Position numbers and translations under genes: made by a program
Shown: piece by piece, positions 37,701 through 44,744 of the stretch
Layout of the letters: the number at the start of each line of letters is the position of its first letter
Numbering within the stretch: the first letter of the stretch is position 1
The notes under the pieces: model-generated
Seen by the model: only the letters and a program-made list of their open reading frames with translations
What the model was told of the DNA's origin: nothing
Database searches by the model: none
Virus record (IMG/VR): IMGVR_UViG_3300030376_003143
Location: 1-48,675 of that record
From: a virus
Taxonomy: Duplodnaviria; Caudoviricetes
Direction: 5' to 3' (one strand)
Length of the DNA stretch: 48,675 nucleotides

Positions 37701-39483
37701 TGATACTTGGTCTGTAGAAAACGTAGCTATGGATATGCAGAACGCTGTTGATAAAATCGGTAGAGCTAAATACTTAGAAGAGTGGCAAGCTAACGTTGAT
37801 GAAATGTTCGACAAGGACAACATGAACAAAATAGAAGCCGTATACGGCAATGACGTTAGAGAAGCTTTAGAAGATATGCTTTACGCTATGAAAACTGGTA
37901 GAAGCAGACCTCAAGGAAGCAACAAGATAGCTAATGCTTTTATGAACTGGATTAACAACTCTGTTGGTGCTATCATGTTCTTTAACGCTAGATCTGCAAT
38001 ACTACAGTTAATATCTATAGTTAACTTTACAAACTTTGAAGAGAATAATATATTTGCTCAAGCAAAAATGTTTGCTAATCAAAAGCAGTTTTGGTCAGAC
38101 TTTTCTTTTATATTTAACTCTGATTATCTAAAAGCTAGAAGGTCAGGATTAAAAATGAACATAAACGAGGCTGAGCTTCAAAACGCTGTAGCAGGCGCTA
38201 CAAACAAAGCACTTGCAGCTCTTAGATATATTCTTTCTTTAGGTTTTACACCAACGCAAATAGCGGATAGTGTTGCCATTGCTTTTGGTGGTGCTAACTT
38301 TTACAGATCAAAGCTTAAAAAGTATTTAGCAGAAGGCATGTCTCAAAAAGAGGCTCAAGAAAAAGCGTTTTTAGATTTTCAAGAGATCGCAGAAGAAAGC
38401 CAACAGTCTGCTAGACCTGATAAAATATCACAGCAACAAAGATCTGTAATAGGTAGAATTATATTAAACTTTGCTAACACACCAATGCAGATGGCTAGGC
38501 TTACTAAAAAAGCAGCTCAAGATTTAATAGCTGGCAGAGGTAATTGGAAAGCCAACGTGTCAAGAATACTTTACTACGGCTTTGTGCAAAACCTAATATT
38601 CTCCGCTTTACAACAGGCTATATTTGCTATAGGTTTTGATGAAGAAGAAGACGATGAAAAGAAAAAGAAAAAGCAAGACACTAAAGTAGAAAGAATATTT
38701 AACGGTGCTCTTGACTCTTTACTTCGTGGTTCTGGTATATACGGCGCTGTTATTTCTACAGTAAAGAATACTATATATAAGTTTATAGATGAGCGAGACA
38801 AAGGCTATAGAGGAGACCTTGGTAATGTTCTTGTTGAAGCTCTTAACTTATCACCTAGTATTGGCTCTAAGTTTAGAAAGCTATACAGCGCTATGAAGAC
38901 TGATAAGTTTAACAAGCATGTTTACGACCGCATGGGCTATGACACTTTAGAAAACCCTGTTTATCAATCTATAACATTAGGCGTTGAAGGTGTAACAAAC
39001 ATACCTATCAATCGTATGCTTAGAAAGATAGACAACTTAAAAGCGTCTACAGATAGTGAGCTACATGCTCTTCAAAGAATATTTGTATTTTTAGGTTGGG
39101 ATCAATGGAGTTTAGGTATAGACTCAAGAGAAGAGGTTGACAAAGTTAAAGATGAAATAAAGCAAGAGAAGAAGGACGCTAAAAAAGAAGTAGTTAAAAA
39201 AGATAGAAAGCAGAAAAAAGAAGAGGCTGAAAAGCAATACGAGTTAGATCAAAAGAAAGAAAGAAAAGACGGCAAGAAAAACATAACTTGTAGTGGCGCA
39301 AAGTCTGACGGCACAAGATGTACAAGAAAACCTATTAAAAACGGTAAGTGTACAATACACGAAAAAGTAGAGATGATAAACCCTAACTCTAAAGACAGGC
39401 AGTGTAGAAAAAGAAAGTCTGACGGAACAAGGTGCAAAATGATGACAAGAAGCAAAAGTCAATTCTGCTACTACCACGATTAA
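31786..39483 (+). CDS. Giant multi-domain (polyvalent) putative ejected protein
   Basis: 2565 aa; G/A-rich hydrophobic stretch, HEFLH, sigma-region-2-like segment, PD...FEVK, HAD motifs (FDFDET, LTAR, FVDD), helical C-terminal region, two CCCH-type repeats. Confidence 0.7.
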   Translation: MNNIQHLYKALIESNLLNISFDKFSQFYENDKYKQNVFNAIKEKGLFDGDFEKFSSMYSLPKAKPSVDADGNDIMIGGKVSQEENTWIEDAFGKNTATDFVGDLYRSGKQGWAAGRSVDEALEIYKKGRNLSDEDLQAFLDANKRMQEAGVTDEMLNYQKMYEENGGGMWGAVKAFAANPTIAPAVIVSSISQMIASARDSEEVFGAAAASSGVGAAAGAAIGSTGFSLGPLGALTTAGGAISGAVGGFFGGLTGAMETGNTLAQLLQEEIGEGVEMTKENVRAILEDADKFQDLKDKAVARGLTIGAIEGVTAGISRGIGAVALKGASTISKSGKTVQKALTATQKGRLAKQVAALEMSAGAGGEALGQKAAGQDLDASEIFLEGIAEAKGIANVADILTKKSYTLNGGTATRKDIESFLSNENISNEDKAKAKIEVIGDKSLKAFVDQTQGKAIADSQIDSKITDQADRETLVELEQKRVDLNKKAEKKGIEKVPNAAEQLATIEAEIEAIIGKYEGAVEIGKSEGAQKVRRARLDILKDEITGKVKKMKAYKDMDIDTFEGSIDEVVEQYTNNLVENASYDIQVLEAELKGYQEKGDTKSVKKVQEMIADRQSILEDATKGLTQDEKGKKIKISEAVNTGTYGMLLEDNTTGKLKMVLNNEADITDEKGYINVAAHEFLHAALRKTFFKKSDVVAGMTEVKGAGIQTGQKLINHLLESGEVEFINEIKSRLEAYGAVDKDGKVNLTEDLQAQEVLNLLSDSMVNEIYKAENEGFFVKLGNIISEQLQSLLPDSYAKKLQFKDGKQVFDFVKTFGKAVAGDKTAGKIIARAAKEGVDVGPIKGKEGARVTAQKSSVIQEKVDGFALNEDGSKMTKQEYDDKGSVDAYMYLVNDQNLDPLINKQLVKAGIDISATDANVNGVPLEEFKERVRELLIPDILGFDPGKETTKDGKFGLSGHINSRIAFRVGDAAKKAKKQVTASSLDKDVSGDGKMTAADFIADEQDAMIEDFENQDQSIFAEPTEERGVVKSEYRQKLKRKDGKKFIAEEQEEDIRQGVRDVVKSQKTEISEKDFMLKFENNVKKKMKNIVQQAMGSGQSFIDFVYDNIDVILEYSTIQDLVAMERLVGQKFPEGKRIFSVIVKKNISPTEVDNAINKGKIKPDVGRNTGPDLYEKRKPTKAEVEAFFLGKTSDGQTMAEVLNYEIGRSTRGTRKDGLSRMMISTLALDAVMETVQEPAVLQDAMIFSPNIDVEVQLQDLARKVNRGINTQFSLNSTQETQALELVKMFRVDGIQSANVKAFVQGITKDKDLIVGHAIREYLKRRQENYTKVFKLPNVAEEYAKLKNKRGNKSKPAHKILEILVINNLIEVTKGNKDIKALMKKPREGGLPDMWLQFPGGVKIGFEVKGDSARGVSNSYQWDLLNDSALKTPQEVFNPDVVKELYDKAKPILKEMATLLGLKEFNSKTTITKAQWEVIKNAGLAAKLSKTFKIVSGEWVSFAYLNKKIPSQYINMGSAGLFHLGDTDVLSLKTKGINDAVIPLTIRMSRSSSGKLILRVEPQLNAAAFKKAKLNLFVKQDAKQMASTANVRAQLSKGRAKNQTTINNAHNKARLINSDTEAKGISIFDFDETVGVSENFVIATKGKQTKRIASDEWPFVGDVLASEGWNFDFTDFNRVTKGKPGPLMQKLKNQIKKYGAKDVYILTARAPESQKAIHDWLKTQGVNLPYENITGLGNSTGEAKAMWILDKYANEGYNDIYFVDDAMPNVEAVKNIMDQLDIKSKSVQARAQFSKGLGKKFNDIIEQNKGVDADKIFSDVSAKKFGKRNNPFRFFVPPSADDFVGLLRYFVGKGKVGEAQMEFFKKALIDPFARAYKEMNSAKMAILNDYKELLKQFPDVKKKLGKLIPGSEFTYDNAVRVYLFNKAGHSIPGLSDKEVAELSDVVTSDPELLAFAETLSAISRVEEGYAKPSDTWSVENVAMDMQNAVDKIGRAKYLEEWQANVDEMFDKDNMNKIEAVYGNDVREALEDMLYAMKTGRSRPQGSNKIANAFMNWINNSVGAIMFFNARSAILQLISIVNFTNFEENNIFAQAKMFANQKQFWSDFSFIFNSDYLKARRSGLKMNINEAELQNAVAGATNKALAALRYILSLGFTPTQIADSVAIAFGGANFYRSKLKKYLAEGMSQKEAQEKAFLDFQEIAEESQQSARPDKISQQQRSVIGRIILNFANTPMQMARLTKKAAQDLIAGRGNWKANVSRILYYGFVQNLIFSALQQAIFAIGFDEEEDDEKKKKKQDTKVERIFNGALDSLLRGSGIYGAVISTVKNTIYKFIDERDKGYRGDLGNVLVEALNLSPSIGSKFRKLYSAMKTDKFNKHVYDRMGYDTLENPVYQSITLGVEGVTNIPINRMLRKIDNLKASTDSELHALQRIFVFLGWDQWSLGIDSREEVDKVKDEIKQEKKDAKKEVVKKDRKQKKEEAEKQYELDQKKERKDGKKNITCSGAKSDGTRCTRKPIKNGKCTIHEKVEMINPNSKDRQCRKRKSDGTRCKMMTRSKSQFCYYHD

Positions 39484-39513
39484 ATGAAAGGTAAAACAAG
39501 TAATATTTAAACT

Positions 39514-39789
39514 ATGGCTTATATCCAACATAACAACCCTCTTAAAATGAGAAAAACTACCAAGGGTAGTGGTAGAACGTTTAGGACCGCAGAAGAGGGC
39601 GCTGGGATGACTTCTAAGGGAGTTAAACAGTATCGCAAAGAAAACCCAGGAAGTAAGCTAAAAACCGCTGTAACAGGAAAAGTTAAACCAGGCAGTAAAG
39701 CTGCTAAACGTAGAAAATCATTCTGCGCTAGGTCTAAAGGTTGGACAGGTGAAAGAGGTCGAGCGGCTAGGCGTAGATGGAGATGTTAA
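39514..39789 (+). CDS. Small basic protein, DUF6321-like
   Basis: GMTSKGVKQYRKENPGSKLKTAVTG...AAKRRKSFCAR...RRWRC pattern recognised from small basic phage proteins. Confidence 0.65.
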   Translation: MAYIQHNNPLKMRKTTKGSGRTFRTAEEGAGMTSKGVKQYRKENPGSKLKTAVTGKVKPGSKAAKRRKSFCARSKGWTGERGRAARRRWRC

Positions 39790-39801
39790 AAAAAACTAGA
39801 T

Positions 39802-39969
39802 ATGGCATTTAAAATGAAAAGCCCATTAAAGGGCAAAAGAGGTTTGTGGGATAACATTCACGCTAAAAGAAAAAGAATTAAAGCTGGATCAGGCGAAAAA
39901 ATGAGAAAGCCTGGTAGCAAAGGCGCTCCTTCAGCTAAAGATCTTAAAGACTCTCAAACAACAAAATAA
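39802..39969 (+). CDS. Small basic protein (55 aa), absent from the ORF track
   Basis: Read directly: MAFKMKSPLKGKRGLWDNIHAKRKRIKAGSGEKMRKPGSKGAPSAKDLKDSQTTK; fills the gap exactly and couples by TAATG to 39969. Confidence 0.8.
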   Translation: MAFKMKSPLKGKRGLWDNIHAKRKRIKAGSGEKMRKPGSKGAPSAKDLKDSQTTK

Positions 39970-40244
39970 TGGCAAAAGAGCTTAACGAAAATACTAGTTT
40001 TAAAATTAGTATACAAACTCTAATAGGTATAGGGTTTGGCATGGCAACTATTATAAGCATGTGGTTTGTTTTGCAGGCTGACATCGCTGAAGCTAAGGAG
40101 CTTCCTAAGCCAGATATTACACGCATGGAGTTTAACATGAAAGACGAAAACATACGTAGTACTATTATAGAAACTAGAGACGACGTTAAAAAGTTAGAAG
40201 AGCGTATGATACGCATGGAAGACAAAATTGACGCGCTAAGATAA
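39969..40244 (+). CDS. Single-TM membrane protein with C-terminal coiled coil
   Basis: Hydrophobic ISIQTLIGIGFGMATIISMWFVL followed by heptads (VKKLEERMIRMEDKIDAL). Confidence 0.65.
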   Translation: MAKELNENTSFKISIQTLIGIGFGMATIISMWFVLQADIAEAKELPKPDITRMEFNMKDENIRSTIIETRDDVKKLEERMIRMEDKIDALR

Positions 40245-40567
40245 TGAAAGCGCTTATAACCACAGTACTGCTTTTGATTTGCACTACAGCTTATTGCCAG
40301 ATTGAAGCAGTTCATTTTAACGCCGGCTGGAACGACGCCAACGACGTTGAGTGGTTTTCTAAAATAAAAGACTGCGATACTAAAAGCTTATTGATAGAAG
40401 ACGATAGCAATCAAAGCAAATATAAGATCGCAATAGTACCAACAATAGTAATATTTGATGATGGAGAAGAAGTTAAAAGATTTCAAGCAGACCTTAGTTT
40501 CAAAATGGTCGCAACTAAAGAAGAAGTTAAAGAATATATTGAAGAACTTATAATAAGTAAATTTTAA
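40244..40567 (+). CDS. Exported thioredoxin-fold protein lacking CxxC
   Basis: Signal peptide MKALITTVLLLICTTAYC|Q; VHFNAGWN where F.A.WCxxC is expected; YKIAIVPTIVIFDDGEEVKRF matches the Trx cis-Pro region. Confidence 0.65.
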   Translation: MKALITTVLLLICTTAYCQIEAVHFNAGWNDANDVEWFSKIKDCDTKSLLIEDDSNQSKYKIAIVPTIVIFDDGEEVKRFQADLSFKMVATKEEVKEYIEELIISKF

Positions 40568-42372
40568 TGAAGTATTTAATTACACTACTACTCTGTGTTA
40601 ATATAGCACTTGCTCAGTGCCCTAACGGTACGTATCTAGATATTATAATAAATCCAGATCAATACCCAAGCGAAACATCTTGGGCTATTATTACAGAGAT
40701 GGAAGACACCATTGTTTCAGGTGGTCCTTACGACGACATAATAGATTATTCACCTCAGGTAACTCAACTGTGCGTACCTAACGGCGAATATATATTTAAC
40801 ATAGCAGATCAATATGGTGATGGAGTTCAAGGTAGTTTATGGGGCGGACAAGACGGATCTTACTATGTGGTTCATTGCGGCGATACTTTAGTTCAACCAG
40901 ACTCTGCTAACTTTGGTTACGCTGCTTTTCATGGGTTTACATTAGAGGACTGTGCGCCACCACCGCCTGTGTTTGGTTGTATGGATAACAACTTTGTGGA
41001 ATTTTTACCACAAGCAACCGTAGATACAGGTATGTGTTTTACAGAAAAAGCGTTTGGCTGTACTGATATAGAAGCATTTAATTATGATAGCTTAGCTAAT
41101 ACAAACATACTAACAGACAGCTGCACTCATACTTTAGAGCTAACAGATTTAGCCGGTAATGGTTGGGCTGGAGCATATCTACAGGTATTTCAAGGCAATA
41201 ACTTTTTAGGTATATTTACCTTGGATAACGGTTTTGATACTGCATTTACTTTTGAGTTAAGCATACTAGAGCCTATTAGCGTTAAGTTTAACATAACGCA
41301 GCAATCACAGTTTACATCAGTACAGTGTGGCTATAGCTTGTATTCTGATGAGCATGTGGCTATTGATGCGCCAGGAGGTTTTGCTAGTCCTTTAATTCCT
41401 TTTGTAATAGTTAACGGAATGCCCTACTGTGGCGATAACTGTATAGAAAAAACTTACGGCTGTATAGATGAAACAGCTTTAAATTATAATGATAGTGTTA
41501 ACACAGACGACGGAAGTTGCTACTACATCGCTGGGTGTACGAATCCAAATTACATCGAGTACAATGCAGACGCTGACTTTGAAGACGGTTCTTGTTTAAC
41601 ACCAATCGTTTTAGGTTGTATGGATTCTACAGCCTTTAACTATAATCCTGAAGCTAATGTTGAGCTTGAAGGATCTTGCATAGAGGTTGTATTAGGGTGT
41701 ATGGACGACGACGCTTTCAATTATAACCCTAACGCGAACGTAGAAGATGGTAGCTGCTTACCTGTAGTGTTTGGATGTATTGACCCTACAGCTTTCAATT
41801 ACTGTGACACGTGTAACACTGATAATGGAGGTTGTATACCGACTATTAACGGTTGTACTGATAGTACAGCATTAAACTATAACGAAGTTGCAAACACTGA
41901 TAATGGCTCTTGTATTTATCCACTGCCTGGTTGTACTGATCCGACCGCTGTTAATTATAACGCGGAAGCTAACGTGCCAGACTCTAGCTGCTATTATTCT
42001 GCTGATTGTTACGTTGGTGATATATACTATATTCCTAACGCTTGTTTTGAATGGGTAATAGAAGTAGATCCTTACTGTTGTGATGATCAATGGGATTATG
42101 CTTGCAACGACTTATACGCTTATTGTCAAGACGGTTGGACTGGACCAACAAACGTAGAGTCTTTTAATAGGCTAGGAGTTTTACCTTATCCTAATCCTTC
42201 TACAGGTTTAGTAAACTTTAACGCTGAGGTTGACGTGCAAGTGTATAGCATAGAAGGTAAGCTTGCTTATGAAGCTGAAAAAACTACGCGATTAAAACTA
42301 GACAAAGGTTTTTATTTAGTTAAAATATCTAAAAACAACTTAAACATAACAACAAAGCTTATTATACAATGA
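40567..42372 (+). CDS. Secreted Cys-rich repeat protein with a type IX secretion (Por) C-terminal sorting domain
   Basis: Signal peptide ...NIALA|Q; nine GCxDxxAxNYxxxANxxDGSC-type repeats; C-terminus PYPNPS...VQVYSIEGK...LDKGFYLVKI...TTKLIIQ. Confidence 0.8.
   Translation: MKYLITLLLCVNIALAQCPNGTYLDIIINPDQYPSETSWAIITEMEDTIVSGGPYDDIIDYSPQVTQLCVPNGEYIFNIADQYGDGVQGSLWGGQDGSYYVVHCGDTLVQPDSANFGYAAFHGFTLEDCAPPPPVFGCMDNNFVEFLPQATVDTGMCFTEKAFGCTDIEAFNYDSLANTNILTDSCTHTLELTDLAGNGWAGAYLQVFQGNNFLGIFTLDNGFDTAFTFELSILEPISVKFNITQQSQFTSVQCGYSLYSDEHVAIDAPGGFASPLIPFVIVNGMPYCGDNCIEKTYGCIDETALNYNDSVNTDDGSCYYIAGCTNPNYIEYNADADFEDGSCLTPIVLGCMDSTAFNYNPEANVELEGSCIEVVLGCMDDDAFNYNPNANVEDGSCLPVVFGCIDPTAFNYCDTCNTDNGGCIPTINGCTDSTALNYNEVANTDNGSCIYPLPGCTDPTAVNYNAEANVPDSSCYYSADCYVGDIYYIPNACFEWVIEVDPYCCDDQWDYACNDLYAYCQDGWTGPTNVESFNRLGVLPYPNPSTGLVNFNAEVDVQVYSIEGKLAYEAEKTTRLKLDKGFYLVKISKNNLNITTKLIIQ
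41458..41991 (+). repeat. Seven tandem ~25-26-aa Cys-bounded coding repeats (GCTD...NY...GSC)
   Basis: GCIDETALNY, GCTNPNYIEY, GCMDSTAFNY, GCMDDDAFNY, GCIDPTAFNY, GCTDSTALNY, GCTDPTAVNY; two further copies at about 40975-41125. Confidence 0.9.
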
Positions 42373-43394
42373 GGTTATTAGTATTACTTTTACTTATATT
42401 TTCTACTACAGCTAACGCACAAATTAAAAAAGCGTTTAAGTTTTCCACATTTTATGTAGCAGCTAACGGTGGCACATCTTTATCAGATGAAGATATATAT
42501 TCTGTAAACGGTAGCACGCTTGTGTATGACACTATATTTACTCCGTACGACTATTCACTAACAATAGGTATACGTAGAATAAAAAGATTTGGCTATGAAG
42601 GATCAACGCCGTTTAAAGATGGCACCGAAACATCGTTTTCAGATGCCGCTAGTGTTGGTAGATCGCCTTTTGAGTATTTATTTGAAGTAGATTATAAAAG
42701 ACAAGAAGGTATAGAGTACTTTGACCAAACACATTTCTTACGATATGTAAAAGATAATTGGCTAGCTAAAGCCGAGTACATTAAAAATGGTTTTGCAGAC
42801 ATTGAATACTTCGAGTCTTCGCAAAGGCTTAGAGTAGGTAAAAATAAGTTATCATTTAATCTTGGAGCCGTGCAAAGACTTGCTGAGCCTTATGGATATG
42901 ACCCGCTTGAAGAGTGGTCGTTTGATAACGATAGAATACATTATACATGTTTAGCTATTGAAGAAGGTTACAGCGTAGATGTTTACGAATCTGAGTATAA
43001 AAATCCTAACGGAGACGTTGTAGCTACTAGCTCAGAAGTATGGAACCAAGTAGTCATGCCTGGCATACTAAAAGACTTTGTTGAAGGCAAACGTAAAGAA
43101 CTACAGAATCAATGGCAACATTCTGTTGTTGTAGGTTTTGACTTTTATCATTATAAGAAAAACTTCTGGCTACACAGCTGGGGCAACTTAATGCCTTATC
43201 ACTACGACAACGGTAATGAGTTTTCATACCACAACTTTAATGATGGTGAGCAATGGTACGATTATTCTGGTGGTTTAATATTTGGGTACAAGCTAAATAA
43301 AAACTTAGGATGTTTCATAGAAGGTAAATACAACAAGTACTGGAACAAAGAGTGGTATGACTTTAAGTGTGGTATTAATTATGTAATCTTTTAA
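42369..43394 (+). CDS. Putative outer-membrane beta-barrel protein
   Basis: Signal peptide ...STTANA|Q; aromatic-rich amphipathic strands (VVVGFDFYHY, YSGGLIFGYKL, LGCFIEGKY); C-terminal GINYVIF ending in Phe. Confidence 0.65.
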   Translation: MRLLVLLLLIFSTTANAQIKKAFKFSTFYVAANGGTSLSDEDIYSVNGSTLVYDTIFTPYDYSLTIGIRRIKRFGYEGSTPFKDGTETSFSDAASVGRSPFEYLFEVDYKRQEGIEYFDQTHFLRYVKDNWLAKAEYIKNGFADIEYFESSQRLRVGKNKLSFNLGAVQRLAEPYGYDPLEEWSFDNDRIHYTCLAIEEGYSVDVYESEYKNPNGDVVATSSEVWNQVVMPGILKDFVEGKRKELQNQWQHSVVVGFDFYHYKKNFWLHSWGNLMPYHYDNGNEFSYHNFNDGEQWYDYSGGLIFGYKLNKNLGCFIEGKYNKYWNKEWYDFKCGINYVIF

Positions 43395-43403
43395 ACGTAT
43401 AGT

Positions 43404-43871
43404 ATGAAGTTAAAGGTATTAAGATTTAGCTCAGAAAAAGACTCTACTCACGGTTTATTATTTGAAGAAAACGATTTAGGAAATCAGTTTCTTTGTTATA
43501 CGCTTGAAGACGAGCAGAGAGCTTTAAAGGTTAGAGGTGAAACAAGAGTGCCGGCTGGAGTTTATAATGTTGAGCTTAGAAAAGAAGGTGGGTTTCATGA
43601 AAGATACAGTAAAAAATATCCTGGTTTACACCGCGGTATGCTTCATGTCGTTGATGTTCCTAACTTTGAGTATATTCTTATTCACACTGGAAACACTGAC
43701 GAGCATACTGCTGGGTGTTTGCTTGTGGGCGACAGCCAAGAAAATAACCAATTGTTACCTGACGGTTTCATTGGCAAAAGTGTTAACGCATATAAAAGAA
43801 TTTATCCTAGTATTGCAAAAGCGATAGAGCAAGGCCAGGAAGTAACAATAGAATATATAGATTTTGACTAA
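43404..43871 (+). CDS. DUF5675-like protein, candidate endolysin
   Basis: CYTLED, ETRVPAGVY and ILIHTGN...TAGCLLVG (His/Cys pair as in the L,D-transpeptidase-like fold). Confidence 0.7.
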   Translation: MKLKVLRFSSEKDSTHGLLFEENDLGNQFLCYTLEDEQRALKVRGETRVPAGVYNVELRKEGGFHERYSKKYPGLHRGMLHVVDVPNFEYILIHTGNTDEHTAGCLLVGDSQENNQLLPDGFIGKSVNAYKRIYPSIAKAIEQGQEVTIEYIDFD

Positions 43872-43873
43872 TT

Positions 43874-44275
43874 ATGGCAACAACTACAGCAACAATAACT
43901 ATAGCTAGTACAGACTTACTGTCTGATGAAATAGCTTTAACGTCTTCAGCTACTTTAACAGGTGCTGGTAACTCTACTGGAATACTAAATACATCTGGTT
44001 TAAGTAGAAAAACAGTTTCTGGCGGTCACGCGCAATACACATTGTTTGATGGCACCGATTACACTGCAGATAAAGCGCATAAGTTATATTTAAAAAATAT
44101 ATCTACAACAGCTTCAGAGTATTTTTTAGTAACTATAAACTCAGAAGATATAGGAAGATTATATGCTGGCGACTGGGCTCTAATACCTTGGTCAGCGCAC
44201 GATGCAGATAACGACATTAAAATAGACCCTAGTGCTAACGACATGACACTAGAATATATGCTTTTTGTAGATTAA
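43874..44275 (+). CDS. Small putative virion protein, paralog 1 of 3
   Basis: MATT start; LYLKN; IGRLYAGDWALIPW; TLEY. Confidence 0.65.
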   Translation: MATTTATITIASTDLLSDEIALTSSATLTGAGNSTGILNTSGLSRKTVSGGHAQYTLFDGTDYTADKAHKLYLKNISTTASEYFLVTINSEDIGRLYAGDWALIPWSAHDADNDIKIDPSANDMTLEYMLFVD

Positions 44276-44298
44276 TAAATTATAAACAATAAATAAAA

Positions 44299-44733
44299 AT
44301 GGCAACAACAGCAACTTTTACATTAACAAGTGCAGACATTGCTGGTGATCCAGTTAATGTCTCTAAAACGGCTACTTGCACGAAAGCAGGTGCTACGACT
44401 GATTTAGATCAAACAACTGGACTTAGTAGAGTTCATTTAAGAAACGCAACAAATAAAGTTTTATTAGCAGCTAACGCTGAAGGTAATGACTTAGCGGCTA
44501 AGGTTTACATTATAAACAAATCTACAGACCCTAGTCTTTACGTTACAGTAACAATAAACGCTCAAACAATAGGTAAGCTTTACGCTGGAGACTGGATGTT
44601 TATTCCTTGGAGTCAAACAGATACGGCGGCCTCTATCGAAGTAGCGGCAACCAACTGGACATCGTCAACTGGTGATATACCTGTTGAATACGCGTTGTTC
44701 CACGAAGACACAGACTTTTTAACTAACGCTTAA
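44299..44733 (+). CDS. Small putative virion protein, paralog 2 of 3
   Basis: MATT start; VYIIN; IGKLYAGDWMFIPW; PVEY. Confidence 0.65.
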   Translation: MATTATFTLTSADIAGDPVNVSKTATCTKAGATTDLDQTTGLSRVHLRNATNKVLLAANAEGNDLAAKVYIINKSTDPSLYVTVTINAQTIGKLYAGDWMFIPWSQTDTAASIEVAATNWTSSTGDIPVEYALFHEDTDFLTNA

Positions 44734-44744
44734 TAAATAAAGAC

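Noticed and set aside
31786-39483. Virion RNA polymerase
   Set aside because: No polymerase-type DxDGD/DFDID catalytic motif is visible; FDFDET fits HAD motif I, and LFDGDF lies in a short N-terminal segment without supporting context
28900-39513. GTAA(T/C)-AT-rich motif upstream of 28933 and 39514 as a late promoter
   Set aside because: Too short and degenerate in AT-rich DNA to support without motif statistics or transcription start data
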